The notes: generated by a model from the letters alone, not told the origin. 38,698 bases of DNA from a virus (IMGVR_UViG_3300017548_000074:1-38698); one strand, 5' to 3'; shown: positions 26,179 to 35,050, counted from the first letter of the stretch. Translations and numbers: made by a program.

Positions 26179-26859
26179 CTATCCCGCCACCTTCAGGAAC
26201 TGGTACGGGACGACGATCGTCTCTTCCGCCTCGTCGAGGCTCCGGAGAAGCACCCTGACCGTCTCCTGATCCTCCCACGCCTGCACCGTCGCGGCGCGGC
26301 CGACCTTCTCGCCCCAGATCAGTTTCACGTCTCGGCCGGCCGACAGCTTCTTGCGGGCGCCGCGCGCCGCCAGCTTCTTCCGTTCCCGAAGAAGCTTCTC
26401 CTCGACCCTCGAAAGCTGAGCGGCTCGGTTCTCGGCCTCGGCCCGGCTGTGCTGCTCGAACATGCGCAGCCGGAACAGATCCATGGGGCTGATCGCAAAG
26501 GGCTTGCCGCAGTTCGCCACCACGCCCTTGATGCCGGGCACGCCGGGGATGCCGGGCGCACCAACGAGGCGGGGCCAGTCGGCATCCGCGAGGTCGGCAA
26601 CGAAGAGATAACCCTTGAGTAGGGCGAACCGCCGCACCTCATAGAGGCCCTTCCGGTGGCGGTTGCGCACCACGCTGTACTCAGTCGGCATGTAGTAGGT
26701 GAACCCGCGATCCATCAGCGCCAGCTCAACCGCCGAGTGTTCCGAAGCTGTCCCGGAAACCACCCGGTAGCCGCGGCGCGTGTGCTCTGCGATCTCCGTC
26801 CAGAACTCGCGTTTCGGCCTTTGAGCGCCGGGGAGTGTCCTGACTGCGTACCACGTCAT
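26179..26859 (-). CDS. NusG-paralogue transcription antiterminator (late regulator, Q position)
   Basis: NGN motifs WYAVRT, YYMP, LLKGYLFV, VPGIKGVV; KOW-like C-terminus; last gene of the early-right operon. Confidence 0.85.
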   Translation of the reverse strand: MTWYAVRTLPGAQRPKREFWTEIAEHTRRGYRVVSGTASEHSAVELALMDRGFTYYMPTEYSVVRNRHRKGLYEVRRFALLKGYLFVADLADADWPRLVGAPGIPGVPGIKGVVANCGKPFAISPMDLFRLRMFEQHSRAEAENRAAQLSRVEEKLLRERKKLAARGARKKLSAGRDVKLIWGEKVGRAATVQAWEDQETVRVLLRSLDEAEETIVVPYQFLKVAG

Positions 26860-27003
26860 TCAGCGAACCTCTCGATACCATGCGCGGGACTGCGCATTGC
26901 GTTGCCTGCGGCGGCGCTCGGACATCCACCGCGTGAAGAACACCCCGGCCGCGAAGGCCAGGATCACGTTGCCGATCGGGATGATGATGCCGGCGGCGCT
27001 CAA
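26860..27003 (-). CDS. 47-aa single-TM protein (MSAAGIIIPIGNVILAFAAGVFFTRWMSERRRRQ...), not in ORF track
   Basis: TTG start overlaps the upstream TGA; stop abuts the NusG-like ATG. Confidence 0.6.
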   Translation of the reverse strand: MSAAGIIIPIGNVILAFAAGVFFTRWMSERRRRQRNAQSRAWYREVR

Positions 27004-27239
27004 TTCGGTCGCCTCGTCATGCGGATGTACGCGTAGCGCAGCGGCTCAAAGCCGTCCGGCGTGTGCGTCATGTCCCTGCGACAGTTGAGCCATCCCCATC
27101 GGTAGCCGGGCGAATGGTTAGGGCCGGGCGCGGGATCATCGGCCTTATGGTCGCGGTATCCGGCGACCACCTCGTCGGTCGGATAGGCGGCGATGTCCCA
27201 TTCATCGCGAGGCGGGAAGACGGTGCCGACGGCGATCAT
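27000..27239 (-). CDS. Hypothetical protein
   Basis: Coupled ORF; EVVAGY...PGPNHSPGYRWGW motif. Confidence 0.65.
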   Translation of the reverse strand: MIAVGTVFPPRDEWDIAAYPTDEVVAGYRDHKADDPAPGPNHSPGYRWGWLNCRRDMTHTPDGFEPLRYAYIRMTRRPN

Positions 27240-27451
27240 GCCGCATCCTCACGCTGATTGAAGAAGGTAATCACGTCCGCATCTTCGGACATGGTTTCGA
27301 ACTTTTCTCGCGTGAGGCGAGGCCAATTCGCCCCGCAGCCACCGCACTCATAGGTGAAGCCGCCACCCCCATGAATTTCCGAGGCCGGAAAATCAGGGTC
27401 GTCTACGTGCGTGCCGCAGAATGGACAGGGCTTAATTTCAACGTCGCTCAT
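27236..27451 (-). CDS. Lar-like zinc-ribbon protein
   Basis: EIKPCPFCG...ECGGCGA...FNQR pattern of Lar-family proteins. Confidence 0.65.
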   Translation of the reverse strand: MSDVEIKPCPFCGTHVDDPDFPASEIHGGGGFTYECGGCGANWPRLTREKFETMSEDADVITFFNQREDAA

Positions 27452-28248
27452 GCCGCCGCCTTTCGCTTCTTCCGGGTCTTCTGAAACCATGTCGAGGCGA
27501 GCCCCTGCCAAACCGAACAGCTATGCGTGGCGGCATAACGCTTCGCATCCGTCTCGGCGGCGCGGCCGAGGCCCTTGATCGCGTCGGTGAGGTCTTCGGG
27601 CTCGATCCAGCCCTTGAACTCGTCGTCCGTCATCAGGTGCTCAACAGCCTTGATGTGGTTTGCCGTGATCGGCGCCAGCTCGGCCTTGGCGAGGATTTCC
27701 AGATACTGCCGCGCGCGCATCGCTCCGCGCCGACCGATGGCCGCCTGTATGGCCGCGATGGCGATGCAGTCGCCGGGGCGGTAGCCGGCGGATGGATACT
27801 TCGGAATGCGGACGCCAGCGCGCTCGCACACCTGCCGGATCGTCTCGGCGTCCTCGTCATCGGCCGCCAGCTTTGCGAAGAACAGTTCCAGCGCGGACAC
27901 ATTCTTGCGGCCGGCATTGATGTCGACAAAGATCGACGCTTCCGACTGGATGTCCTCGGCCTTCACGATCACCGCCGGGACGTGCGTCACCTTCGGGTGC
28001 AGCTTCGCAGCCTCAAGGCGGTGTTGGCCGTCCGTCGCGTGGTAGCGGCCATCGGCCTGCGGCACGACGACTAGCGCACCGAACGAGCGCCACGAGAATG
28101 CCGACAGGATGCCGTCGACCCGGCTCGGATCGAGCGGGCGCTGATACAGCGGATCGGCATCGATCAGGGCCTTATCGATCCAGTCGAGCACCGGCACCTC
28201 GCCGGGATCAGGCAAGGCGCCCGCGTTGATGCGCGCGAGGTCAGTCAT
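27448..28248 (-). CDS. ParB/Srx-fold protein (DUF6551-like)
   Basis: YQRPLD...FSW..FG.LVV...YHATDGQHRLEAA...EASIFVDIN. Confidence 0.75.
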   Translation of the reverse strand: MTDLARINAGALPDPGEVPVLDWIDKALIDADPLYQRPLDPSRVDGILSAFSWRSFGALVVVPQADGRYHATDGQHRLEAAKLHPKVTHVPAVIVKAEDIQSEASIFVDINAGRKNVSALELFFAKLAADDEDAETIRQVCERAGVRIPKYPSAGYRPGDCIAIAAIQAAIGRRGAMRARQYLEILAKAELAPITANHIKAVEHLMTDDEFKGWIEPEDLTDAIKGLGRAAETDAKRYAATHSCSVWQGLASTWFQKTRKKRKAAA

Positions 28249-28673
28249 GCCATCCTCCCGAAGATATGAGGCAGGGCTGCGTGAACCTTGGCGAGAGCGT
28301 CGGCGCGGGTCTTGGCGGTGAAGTCTGCCATGCGTCGGGCGGTCTCCTCCTCAATGGCTCGATCTGCCTCGAAGCCGATAGCGAACAGCTTGTCGCGAAG
28401 GGCCACCATCTCGCCGGAACTACTGGCGGCAGCCACGACGAAGTAGCGCAACCGCCTTTTCCCATCTGGATCGCGGAAGGTCTTCGGCATCACACGGTCA
28501 ACCCTGACCACCTCGAATTGCTGCTCGGGCCGCCATAGCGACTCCCAGCCAGAGCCACCTTCGGAAAGGCATTCGAGAGCGCGTGCCATGCCGCCACCGA
28601 GCACAGCGGGGCAGTAGTGCTCGACGTACGTCAGGACCCACTGACCCGCGTCGATGGGGATGATTGCAGTCAT
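28245..28673 (-). CDS. Hypothetical protein
   Basis: Coupled ORF (ATGA overlaps at both ends). Confidence 0.65.
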   Translation of the reverse strand: MTAIIPIDAGQWVLTYVEHYCPAVLGGGMARALECLSEGGSGWESLWRPEQQFEVVRVDRVMPKTFRDPDGKRRLRYFVVAAASSSGEMVALRDKLFAIGFEADRAIEEETARRMADFTAKTRADALAKVHAALPHIFGRMA

Positions 28674-29242
28674 GCTGCGCCACTCCTGTTGAAAGGCACC
28701 ACATTCGAGCCCGAGGACTTTTCCTCACGGCCCCTGTCTTTGTTGGGGTACTCATAGGGGTACTTGCCCGAAGAATTTTCGGGGGACAGGACCGAAGAAT
28801 TTTCGGGGGACAGGACCATTTTGTCCCCCGAAGAATTTTGGGGGGACAACGAGGTGCGTTTTTTGGCTTTTCGCTGCCGCTCGACCTCTTGGTGATGGCC
28901 GAGCATGACCATTGTCCGCTCGCGTGCTTCATCCCGCCAAGGGTTGACCAGCATGTATCTCGCCAGGTTGCTTCTGCGCCTCACGGGGCTCAGGTAAGCG
29001 CGTCCCTCTTCGTTCTTGCCGAGCAACCGCTTCTTGCTCATTTCTATCTGGCGACCGCTCAGGCCGGTCTTGGCCATAGCCAACGTCATCGCCAGTTCGC
29101 ACTGGCAGCTCGGCCATTCAATCACGGCGACATAGGCAGCCAGAAGCTTGAAGTCGGCTGGCTTAATCATCGGATCGACGTTCGCCGTCTCGATCAGATC
29201 GAGCTTGTAGGACGCCTTCGAGCTATCCAGTTCCTTCTTCAC
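28670..29242 (-). CDS. Replication initiator-like protein containing origin iterons
   Basis: GTG overlaps the primase stop; HTH-like LAMAKTGLSGRQIEMSKKRL; repeated LSPENSS encoded by DNA repeats as in lambda O. Confidence 0.65.
   Translation of the reverse strand: MKKELDSSKASYKLDLIETANVDPMIKPADFKLLAAYVAVIEWPSCQCELAMTLAMAKTGLSGRQIEMSKKRLLGKNEEGRAYLSPVRRRSNLARYMLVNPWRDEARERTMVMLGHHQEVERQRKAKKRTSLSPQNSSGDKMVLSPENSSVLSPENSSGKYPYEYPNKDRGREEKSSGSNVVPFNRSGAA
28768..28848. repeat. Iterons / probable replication origin
   Basis: CCGAAGAATTTTCGGGGGACAGGA twice in tandem (28768-28815) plus a palindromic third copy TGTCCCCC-GAAGAATTTTG-GGGGGACA (28822-28848). Confidence 0.8.
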
Positions 29243-30192
29243 GTCGCGACCCTCCTCGCCATGACGGCGGTTAGGACGCGCTGGACGGCAAAGATGCCGT
29301 CGCGCTGGTGCATGTCGTTGAAGTCGTCGCCCACGGCGGCAGGCATGGCGTACGGAAGGCTGGTGAGCCGCGCATAGTGCTCGCCGGTGCCAAGCCCCGC
29401 GAACTGTTCCAGCGGCTTGTCGTTGTCGGTGGCGACGAACGCCCGGCCCTGAACGTGCTGCGCCACGGCGACGATGTTCGAGGCCGAGAAGCAGCACAGG
29501 ACGGTGGCGCGAACACGCAGGCCCTTGAGGGCGGCGCGGATCGAGAGGCCGGTAGCGTAGCCCTCGCACAGCCATGTGTAGACGCCGGTGGCGAGGCGGT
29601 GGGACGCCCCGCCGATCTCGCCGCCGAACAGGAACTTCTTCGTCCCGTTTTCCCAGACGAGCTGCGCGCTGGTCACATTGCCTGCGCGGCGGGCCGGGAT
29701 CAGGATGGCCCGCTCACCGGCGACAAGGTAGTCGGCCGGGATGAACTCGCCATGGTGATTGACGTGACCCGCAAGCTCGCGCACGTCGGCGGCGGTGACC
29801 ACCAGCGTCTGTTCTTCCCGAAAGCCCTTCGCAGCAAGATAGGGGTGGTTGGACTGGCGGGCGGACGACAGCAGGGCTGATGCGATCTCGGCCGCCCGTA
29901 CAGCGGCGCGGCGCCGCTTCTCATCGGCGGCCGATATGCGCGCCGCCGTCACCTTGCGATCCTCTGCCGTACGCTCCCGGCTGGACAGCCAGACTGTCTC
30001 CTTCTCGCCCGTCTGCCAGTTCCATGCGGTGACGCGCTCGTCGTCCACCATGACGCTGCCGTCGCCCTTGCCGTTCTTGCCGGAAGACGTGTCGGTCCTC
30101 GTCCAGCGGCCGTCGCGATAGGATCGCGGCGGACGGATGCCTACCGCCGCGCATGCCCGGTCCATGGCTTCGCTGATCGTCAGATGGTTCAC
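29239..30192 (-). CDS. TOPRIM-domain primase
   Basis: HPYLAAKG, KKFLFGG, LCEGYATGLSI, ATDND and DDFNDMH. Confidence 0.88.
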   Translation of the reverse strand: MNHLTISEAMDRACAAVGIRPPRSYRDGRWTRTDTSSGKNGKGDGSVMVDDERVTAWNWQTGEKETVWLSSRERTAEDRKVTAARISAADEKRRRAAVRAAEIASALLSSARQSNHPYLAAKGFREEQTLVVTAADVRELAGHVNHHGEFIPADYLVAGERAILIPARRAGNVTSAQLVWENGTKKFLFGGEIGGASHRLATGVYTWLCEGYATGLSIRAALKGLRVRATVLCCFSASNIVAVAQHVQGRAFVATDNDKPLEQFAGLGTGEHYARLTSLPYAMPAAVGDDFNDMHQRDGIFAVQRVLTAVMARRVAT

Positions 30193-31778
30193 GCCGCAGC
30201 CCTCTGCGCGTTCCGCCTGCGGAAGGCTTTCACCTCACGCTCGATCAGGCCCCACTGGTCTTCACGGAGCGCGGATTGGTCGGCCGATGACAGGTACAGG
30301 CCATAGGGCAGCTTCGACCCCGGATAGATGCCGCACCAGATGCCGAACGCCCATTTGCGGGCGGCCTCCTGACCTTTCCGGGTGTTGGCGAAGCAGTAGC
30401 AGAGGGCAGCGTTCCAGATGCCCTTCGGGTCTTTCAGGCAATCGGCGCGCAGGCCCTTCCGGGGTTGGAAGGCATTCTTTAGGCTGACATCGAGGTCGAC
30501 CAGCTCGCCCTGAACAATCTGGATCTGGCCCCGCTTCGGTCGCTGCCATCCGCATGACGGGCAGGTGTCCGAGCCGGCTTCCATCTGGAAGCCGCAGTCC
30601 ATGCAAAAGTACTGCTGCTTGATCTTCTCTGCCGGCTCGCGAACCTCGCTATCGCGCTTCTCGGCGCTGGATAGCGTGTCGACGCCGTGCTCAAACAGCC
30701 ATGCCGTGTCGTTCGCGAAGGCGATGCTGTTCCCGCTGTGATCAAGCCACAGCCCAAATTCCTTGCCCGGAGCGATGCGCATCACCCGGCCCATTTCCTG
30801 AATGTGGGACGAGAAGGATTTCCGGTATGGCCGGCAGGAGATGCCGCAGAGCACGTCCGGCACGTCGAAGCCCTTCGTCAGGACCGCGCAGGAAACGAGG
30901 CCGTGGATGGCGCTGTCGCGCTTGCTGAACTCCTCGATCTTTTCGCGCCGTTCATTGTCCGACGCGTCGAGATAGCTGATCTGCTGGAAATTGTACCCAA
31001 CCTCGGCGAACTGGCGGCATAGCTCCTCGCCGTGCAGTACCGAAGGTGAGAAGACGATAGTCTTCACCGGCCCGCCAAAATGCCGCCGCGTCTGCTCCTC
31101 CCAAGTCTGGATGACATCACCAACGATGGTTATGCCGCGAGCACCAGCGTCATCGTCGTCGTACTCGCCGGTGAACTTCTTCTTGGCCCCCGTCATGTCC
31201 GGCGTCACGCAAGCCTTGATCTTGAGAGGCGTGAGAAACTTCTCGGCCAGCAGCTTGTTTACCGTCGTGCTGTTGACCAGCCCGTCCCAATGATTGGCCA
31301 TGCCAGCGGTGAAAGGCGTTGCCGTCAGGCCGATCGTCTTGGCAGGGGCCTTCGCGATCAGGTCCAGCACCGCCTTCCGGACCTCGTGGCATTCGTCCCA
31401 GACGATGAGTTGCGGCAGTGCATCAAGCTTAAATGAACGGCGTTCCAGCGTCTGGGCACTGACGATCTGCACGAGCTTCGACGCGTCGGTTAGCGGATGA
31501 TCAGCCTGGATGACGCCATGGTCGATACCGTACCGCCAGAAGCGACGGCTCGTCTGGTCGACAAGGGTTTTGCGATCAACGATGAACCAGACCCTCGTCC
31601 CCTTGGCGATGGCGCCCAAGATGATCTTGATGGCCATCTCCGTCTTGCCGGCGGCAGTCGGCGCGACAAGAATTTGCCGGGCAAGGCCCTGCGCGATGCC
31701 GGCTCGCAGCCCCTGAACAGCCTCTTGCTGATATGGGCGCAGGTTGATCGTGGCCACGGAGGAGAGAAGATCGCTCAT
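30189..31778 (-). CDS. Superfamily 2 (DEAD/DEAH) helicase with C-terminal zinc ribbon
   Basis: LRPYQ, APTAAGKT, DECH, GLTATP, GFDVPD, QEMGRVMR, CxxC..CxxC. Confidence 0.92.
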   Translation of the reverse strand: MSDLLSSVATINLRPYQQEAVQGLRAGIAQGLARQILVAPTAAGKTEMAIKIILGAIAKGTRVWFIVDRKTLVDQTSRRFWRYGIDHGVIQADHPLTDASKLVQIVSAQTLERRSFKLDALPQLIVWDECHEVRKAVLDLIAKAPAKTIGLTATPFTAGMANHWDGLVNSTTVNKLLAEKFLTPLKIKACVTPDMTGAKKKFTGEYDDDDAGARGITIVGDVIQTWEEQTRRHFGGPVKTIVFSPSVLHGEELCRQFAEVGYNFQQISYLDASDNERREKIEEFSKRDSAIHGLVSCAVLTKGFDVPDVLCGISCRPYRKSFSSHIQEMGRVMRIAPGKEFGLWLDHSGNSIAFANDTAWLFEHGVDTLSSAEKRDSEVREPAEKIKQQYFCMDCGFQMEAGSDTCPSCGWQRPKRGQIQIVQGELVDLDVSLKNAFQPRKGLRADCLKDPKGIWNAALCYCFANTRKGQEAARKWAFGIWCGIYPGSKLPYGLYLSSADQSALREDQWGLIEREVKAFRRRNAQRAAA

Positions 31779-32116
31779 GCCGCCAAGCCCCTCTCCGCGA
31801 TCTTCGCCCCCTCGCTGACAAACCATGCCCAATCGGCTGCATCAGCGCCGCGGGGCGGGTTCGCGAGCATGAGTTTGGTGAGGTACTCGGCATCGGCTCG
31901 GCGCAATCCGCCGTCGTATTGAAGGATGGCTGCGCGCTCCTCGAACACCGCCTCCTCACTCAGGAAGACCGCGATGGCCTTGGCGTTCTCACGGATATAG
32001 GCTGACGCGCCCTCCGGCAGCTTTGCCGGATTGATGATTTCCAGCCTGCGCCCGTCCAGCAGGATATTGGCGCCGTGGGCGCGCACGCGGGCGATGATCT
32101 TGGCGGCGTCAGCCAT
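31775..32116 (-). CDS. Hypothetical replication-associated protein
   Basis: FEERAAILQYDGGLRRADAE motif common next to phage primases/helicases. Confidence 0.65.
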   Translation of the reverse strand: MADAAKIIARVRAHGANILLDGRRLEIINPAKLPEGASAYIRENAKAIAVFLSEEAVFEERAAILQYDGGLRRADAEYLTKLMLANPPRGADAADWAWFVSEGAKIAERGLAA

Positions 32117-33263
32117 CGATCTCGATGACCTCCCGGCTGGTATAGCCAAGATCGATCGCGATCTTCCGCCACCTGTCGGCCGATCGAAGGTTCCTCACCT
32201 TCTCCTGACTTTCACTTTCGATGCGGATTTTCTGGGATTCGATCACCTTGTCGCGCCCGGCGATCACCGCAGCGAAGCCGCCACTCTCGAACTCGGCCTT
32301 CATTTCGCGGTACAGCTTGTTCTCGGCGCGAAGCTCTTCGACTTCACGCTCAAGGACGCGGTTCGCCTCTTCCAGCTCGGCTATGCGCTGCTCGGCGGTC
32401 AGACCGTTGTACTCGGGCTCGGGCCTGCCGGCCTTCCGGTCAGCCTTGGCCTTCTCCTTGAAGGCTTCTCGGTCCTTGATGGCCTGCGGAAGCTTCTCGG
32501 CGGCGGCGGCTCGGAACGCCTCGTTCTCGTCATCCTCGGCGGCGGCCGGCGCGGGGTCGGCCCCGCTGTCCTCGACCTCGCCGGCTGGCTGTTCCTCGGT
32601 GGCGCCAGCGTCGGCAGTGGGCGATCCGATCGCACCCGTATTCATGACCGAGACGTTGCCATACCTGTTCCTGTAGAAACGAGGCTCACCGCCGGCTGCG
32701 CGGATTTCTTCAGCGCGCGCGGCCACATCTTCCGGCACTTCAGGTGGCGTTGGCGGCGTGGCTTCACTTGCGGTTCTGCAAGTGAGTTCATTCTGAACAG
32801 CCAGCACTAAATCACGGCTGACATGGCAAAGCTGACTGATCCGGTTGACCGACCACTGCGACCATTCCGCGTCGTTCAGCAGCGTTATGACGGCCCGGCG
32901 CTTGTCCTCGTTTGTCCGCCGAAGGCCATGATCGGAGTTGGCTCCGACGCTATGCAGCATCGCCTCCCGGCGGGTGCCCTGTCGAACTTCAACGGCGATC
33001 TTCTTCTTGCCCGCCTGAAGATGTGCGCGGTGGCGGTGGAAGCCGTCCGCCAGCCAGTACGTCTCGCCATCATGGAAGACGACCACAGGCGGGAAGACAA
33101 TGCCATCACTGATGTCCTCGGCGTACGACTGTACCACCGTCCCGTCGATGCCGGCGCGCGATTGCGTTCCGCCGTCGACGCGGATCATGCTGATGTCGAT
33201 GTTGCGGGGCTTGGCCGCCGAGCGCGCGGCCTTCGGCTTCACGAACTGCTTGGCGATGCTCAT
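32109..33263 (-). CDS. ParB/Srx N-terminal domain protein with HTH and coiled coil
   Basis: TQSRA...FPPVVVFHDG..YWLADGFHRHRA...ANSDHGLRRTNEDKRRAV. Confidence 0.8.
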   Translation of the reverse strand: MSIAKQFVKPKAARSAAKPRNIDISMIRVDGGTQSRAGIDGTVVQSYAEDISDGIVFPPVVVFHDGETYWLADGFHRHRAHLQAGKKKIAVEVRQGTRREAMLHSVGANSDHGLRRTNEDKRRAVITLLNDAEWSQWSVNRISQLCHVSRDLVLAVQNELTCRTASEATPPTPPEVPEDVAARAEEIRAAGGEPRFYRNRYGNVSVMNTGAIGSPTADAGATEEQPAGEVEDSGADPAPAAAEDDENEAFRAAAAEKLPQAIKDREAFKEKAKADRKAGRPEPEYNGLTAEQRIAELEEANRVLEREVEELRAENKLYREMKAEFESGGFAAVIAGRDKVIESQKIRIESESQEKVRNLRSADRWRKIAIDLGYTSREVIEIDG

Positions 33264-33442
33264 GCCGCCACCCCTTCACGCGCGGGCGGCGCGCGGCGCG
33301 CATCCGTATGCGTGTGCGAAAGAAGCCGGCGCAGTTCTGCGAGGGCCTCGACCACGCTGCGGCCGGAGGCGGTCAGGCCGGTTTCCGGGTCGCGGACGAT
33401 GACGGTCCCGTCAGAGGTCCGAATACAGGGGAAGCCGCTCAT
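33260..33442 (-). CDS. Small protein with a HicB-like N-terminal motif
   Basis: DPETGLTASGRSVVEALAEL; coupled to cro. Confidence 0.55.
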   Translation of the reverse strand: MSGFPCIRTSDGTVIVRDPETGLTASGRSVVEALAELRRLLSHTHTDARRAPPAREGVAA

Positions 33443-33678
33443 GCCGCTGCCCTCGGGCGCCGGACACCACGCGGCCATGCCGCACCGCTCGGCCAATTCT
33501 CGGAGAGCCAGCAGAGGGAGTTTTCCAGCCGAGAGGTCGTAATGTCAGCGCCGCCGCGAAGCAGGCCGATAGTCTTGCTATCGCCAAACATGCGAAAGCT
33601 CAGGGTTTTCTCAGCGGTCTTCGACGCCGCTAAATAGGCGTCTATGGTCTCCAGCAGTTGGCGGACTAGCAGCGTCAC
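33439..33678 (-). CDS. Cro-like repressor
   Basis: Divergent from cI; TLSFRMFGDSK..LRGGADIT...WLSENWP..AAWP pattern; GGAGG RBS. Confidence 0.8.
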   Translation of the reverse strand: MTLLVRQLLETIDAYLAASKTAEKTLSFRMFGDSKTIGLLRGGADITTSRLENSLCWLSENWPSGAAWPRGVRRPRAAA

Positions 33679-33700
33679 GCGATGACCTCCGTGTCATGAT

Positions 33701-33773
33701 CGGTTTATTAACCGTTTTCATAACACGGTTTTCGAACCGCTAGCAAGGGGGAGCGATGCCGGTTATAAAACCG
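33701..33773. promoter_or_regulatory. OR: three operators CGGTT-N4-AACCG
   Basis: 33701-33714, 33726-33739 and 33760-33773, all perfect, between cro and cI. Confidence 0.88.
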
Positions 33774-33775
33774 GA

Positions 33776-34513
33776 ATGGGAAACGTACTCGTAAACATCT
33801 TGGACCGGCTGGAAGAGGTCGGTCTTACGGCCAGCGCGGCATCGCTCGAAGCTGGCCTTTCCGCCGATGCGATCAGAAACATCCAGCGGACCTATCAGCG
33901 AACTGGCAAGGTGAATGTCACCTTGGAAACGTTGCAGAGATTGGCGCCGGTCCTGCAAACGACGGTCGGAGCCCTTATTGATAGCGACGACGAAACGCCC
34001 TCGCGCACAAGTTCGAGCGAGGTCACCCCGATCCGGCCAAGGCTGGTGCCTGTGCCCATCGTCGGGCGCGCGGCGGCGGGTCTCTTCTATGAAGTCGACA
34101 GCCTCGATCAGTCGTCTCTGGAAGTGATACACCTCCCGCCGGATGACAAGTTCCCGCAGGCGCGGCAGATGGCATTCGATGTCCAGGGCGACAGCATGAA
34201 CGATCTTAAGCCTCGCCCTCTGCTGCCGGGGGACAAGGTAATTTGCGTTGCCTACGATGACGTGGCCGACATCCTGCCCATCATTCAAGGCATGGTGGTC
34301 GTTGTGCAGCGTACCCGCGATGGCGGCCAGACGATCGAGTGGTCAGTGAAGCAAGTGGAACTTCAGCCGGAGAAGACCATATTCCATCCTCGCTCCACAA
34401 ATCCGAAGCACAAGCCGATCGTCATAAACCGCGACTTCCAAAGTGATGACGGCACGAGCGTCGAAATCCTTGCTGTGGTTCGACGCATAGTCACGGACCT
34501 TCCTCTCTCGTAA
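33776..34513 (+). CDS. CI-like repressor (HTH plus S24 autopeptidase)
   Basis: N-terminal HTH, Ala-Gly cleavage site VGRAAAG, catalytic GDSM and SVKQ. Confidence 0.92.
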   Translation: MGNVLVNILDRLEEVGLTASAASLEAGLSADAIRNIQRTYQRTGKVNVTLETLQRLAPVLQTTVGALIDSDDETPSRTSSSEVTPIRPRLVPVPIVGRAAAGLFYEVDSLDQSSLEVIHLPPDDKFPQARQMAFDVQGDSMNDLKPRPLLPGDKVICVAYDDVADILPIIQGMVVVVQRTRDGGQTIEWSVKQVELQPEKTIFHPRSTNPKHKPIVINRDFQSDDGTSVEILAVVRRIVTDLPLS

Positions 34514-34514
34514 G

Positions 34515-34823
34515 CTACGCGACCATCCGCTTGCGCTCTTCGGGCGAAAACCCCGCGCATGCTTCGGATATCTCCGCCATCACGGACCGCGACGGCTCCT
34601 GACACATGTAGGAGTCTCCGTCTGGCGTCACATAGTTCATGATGGGGATGACCACGAAATGATCGTCATCCTCCAGCACCGCCACTGCCGCAACATCGAA
34701 GCTGTAGCGCGGGAAACGTCGCATGAGGTACGAGGCAAAAAGCTCCTTGCACCGAACGAGTTCGCGGCTTCGCCCGGCCGGTGGGACGATGATGAACTGC
34801 GACACCTGAACCGGCTGTCTCAT
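34515..34823 (-). CDS. Hypothetical protein, second gene of the LexA-boxed operon
   Basis: GGAGGAG RBS, ATGA coupling to the upstream gene. Confidence 0.65.
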   Translation of the reverse strand: MRQPVQVSQFIIVPPAGRSRELVRCKELFASYLMRRFPRYSFDVAAVAVLEDDDHFVVIPIMNYVTPDGDSYMCQEPSRSVMAEISEACAGFSPEERKRMVA

Positions 34824-35050
34824 ATCAATTCTCCTCCGCCTACGCCGACCAACTCGCCTATGGGGCTTTCGCACCGCTGGCACGAAAAGCGCAGAGATCC
34901 CAAGTAGGCGCTTTCAATCAGTTCCTCGCCGTCTCTCGGCGCGTCCGGTTCATTCGGAACTGACACCGGCACCGTGCCCTCCTTCAGGCAGTTCGAGCAC
35001 CGGACATAGAGCACGAACAACCGACTGCACTTCTCTGCTGCCAAGCCCAT
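34820..35050 (-). CDS. Small zinc-binding protein (CSNC...CQRC)
   Basis: AAGGAGA RBS; two CxxC motifs. Confidence 0.7.
   Translation of the reverse strand: MGLAAEKCSRLFVLYVRCSNCLKEGTVPVSVPNEPDAPRDGEELIESAYLGSLRFSCQRCESPIGELVGVGGGELI

Noticed and set aside
28768-28848. 24-bp repeats as a possible mini-CRISPR or DGR repeat
   Set aside because: Two copies are directly tandem without spacers, they lie in frame inside the initiator gene, and there is no cas or reverse transcriptase gene; iterons explain them.
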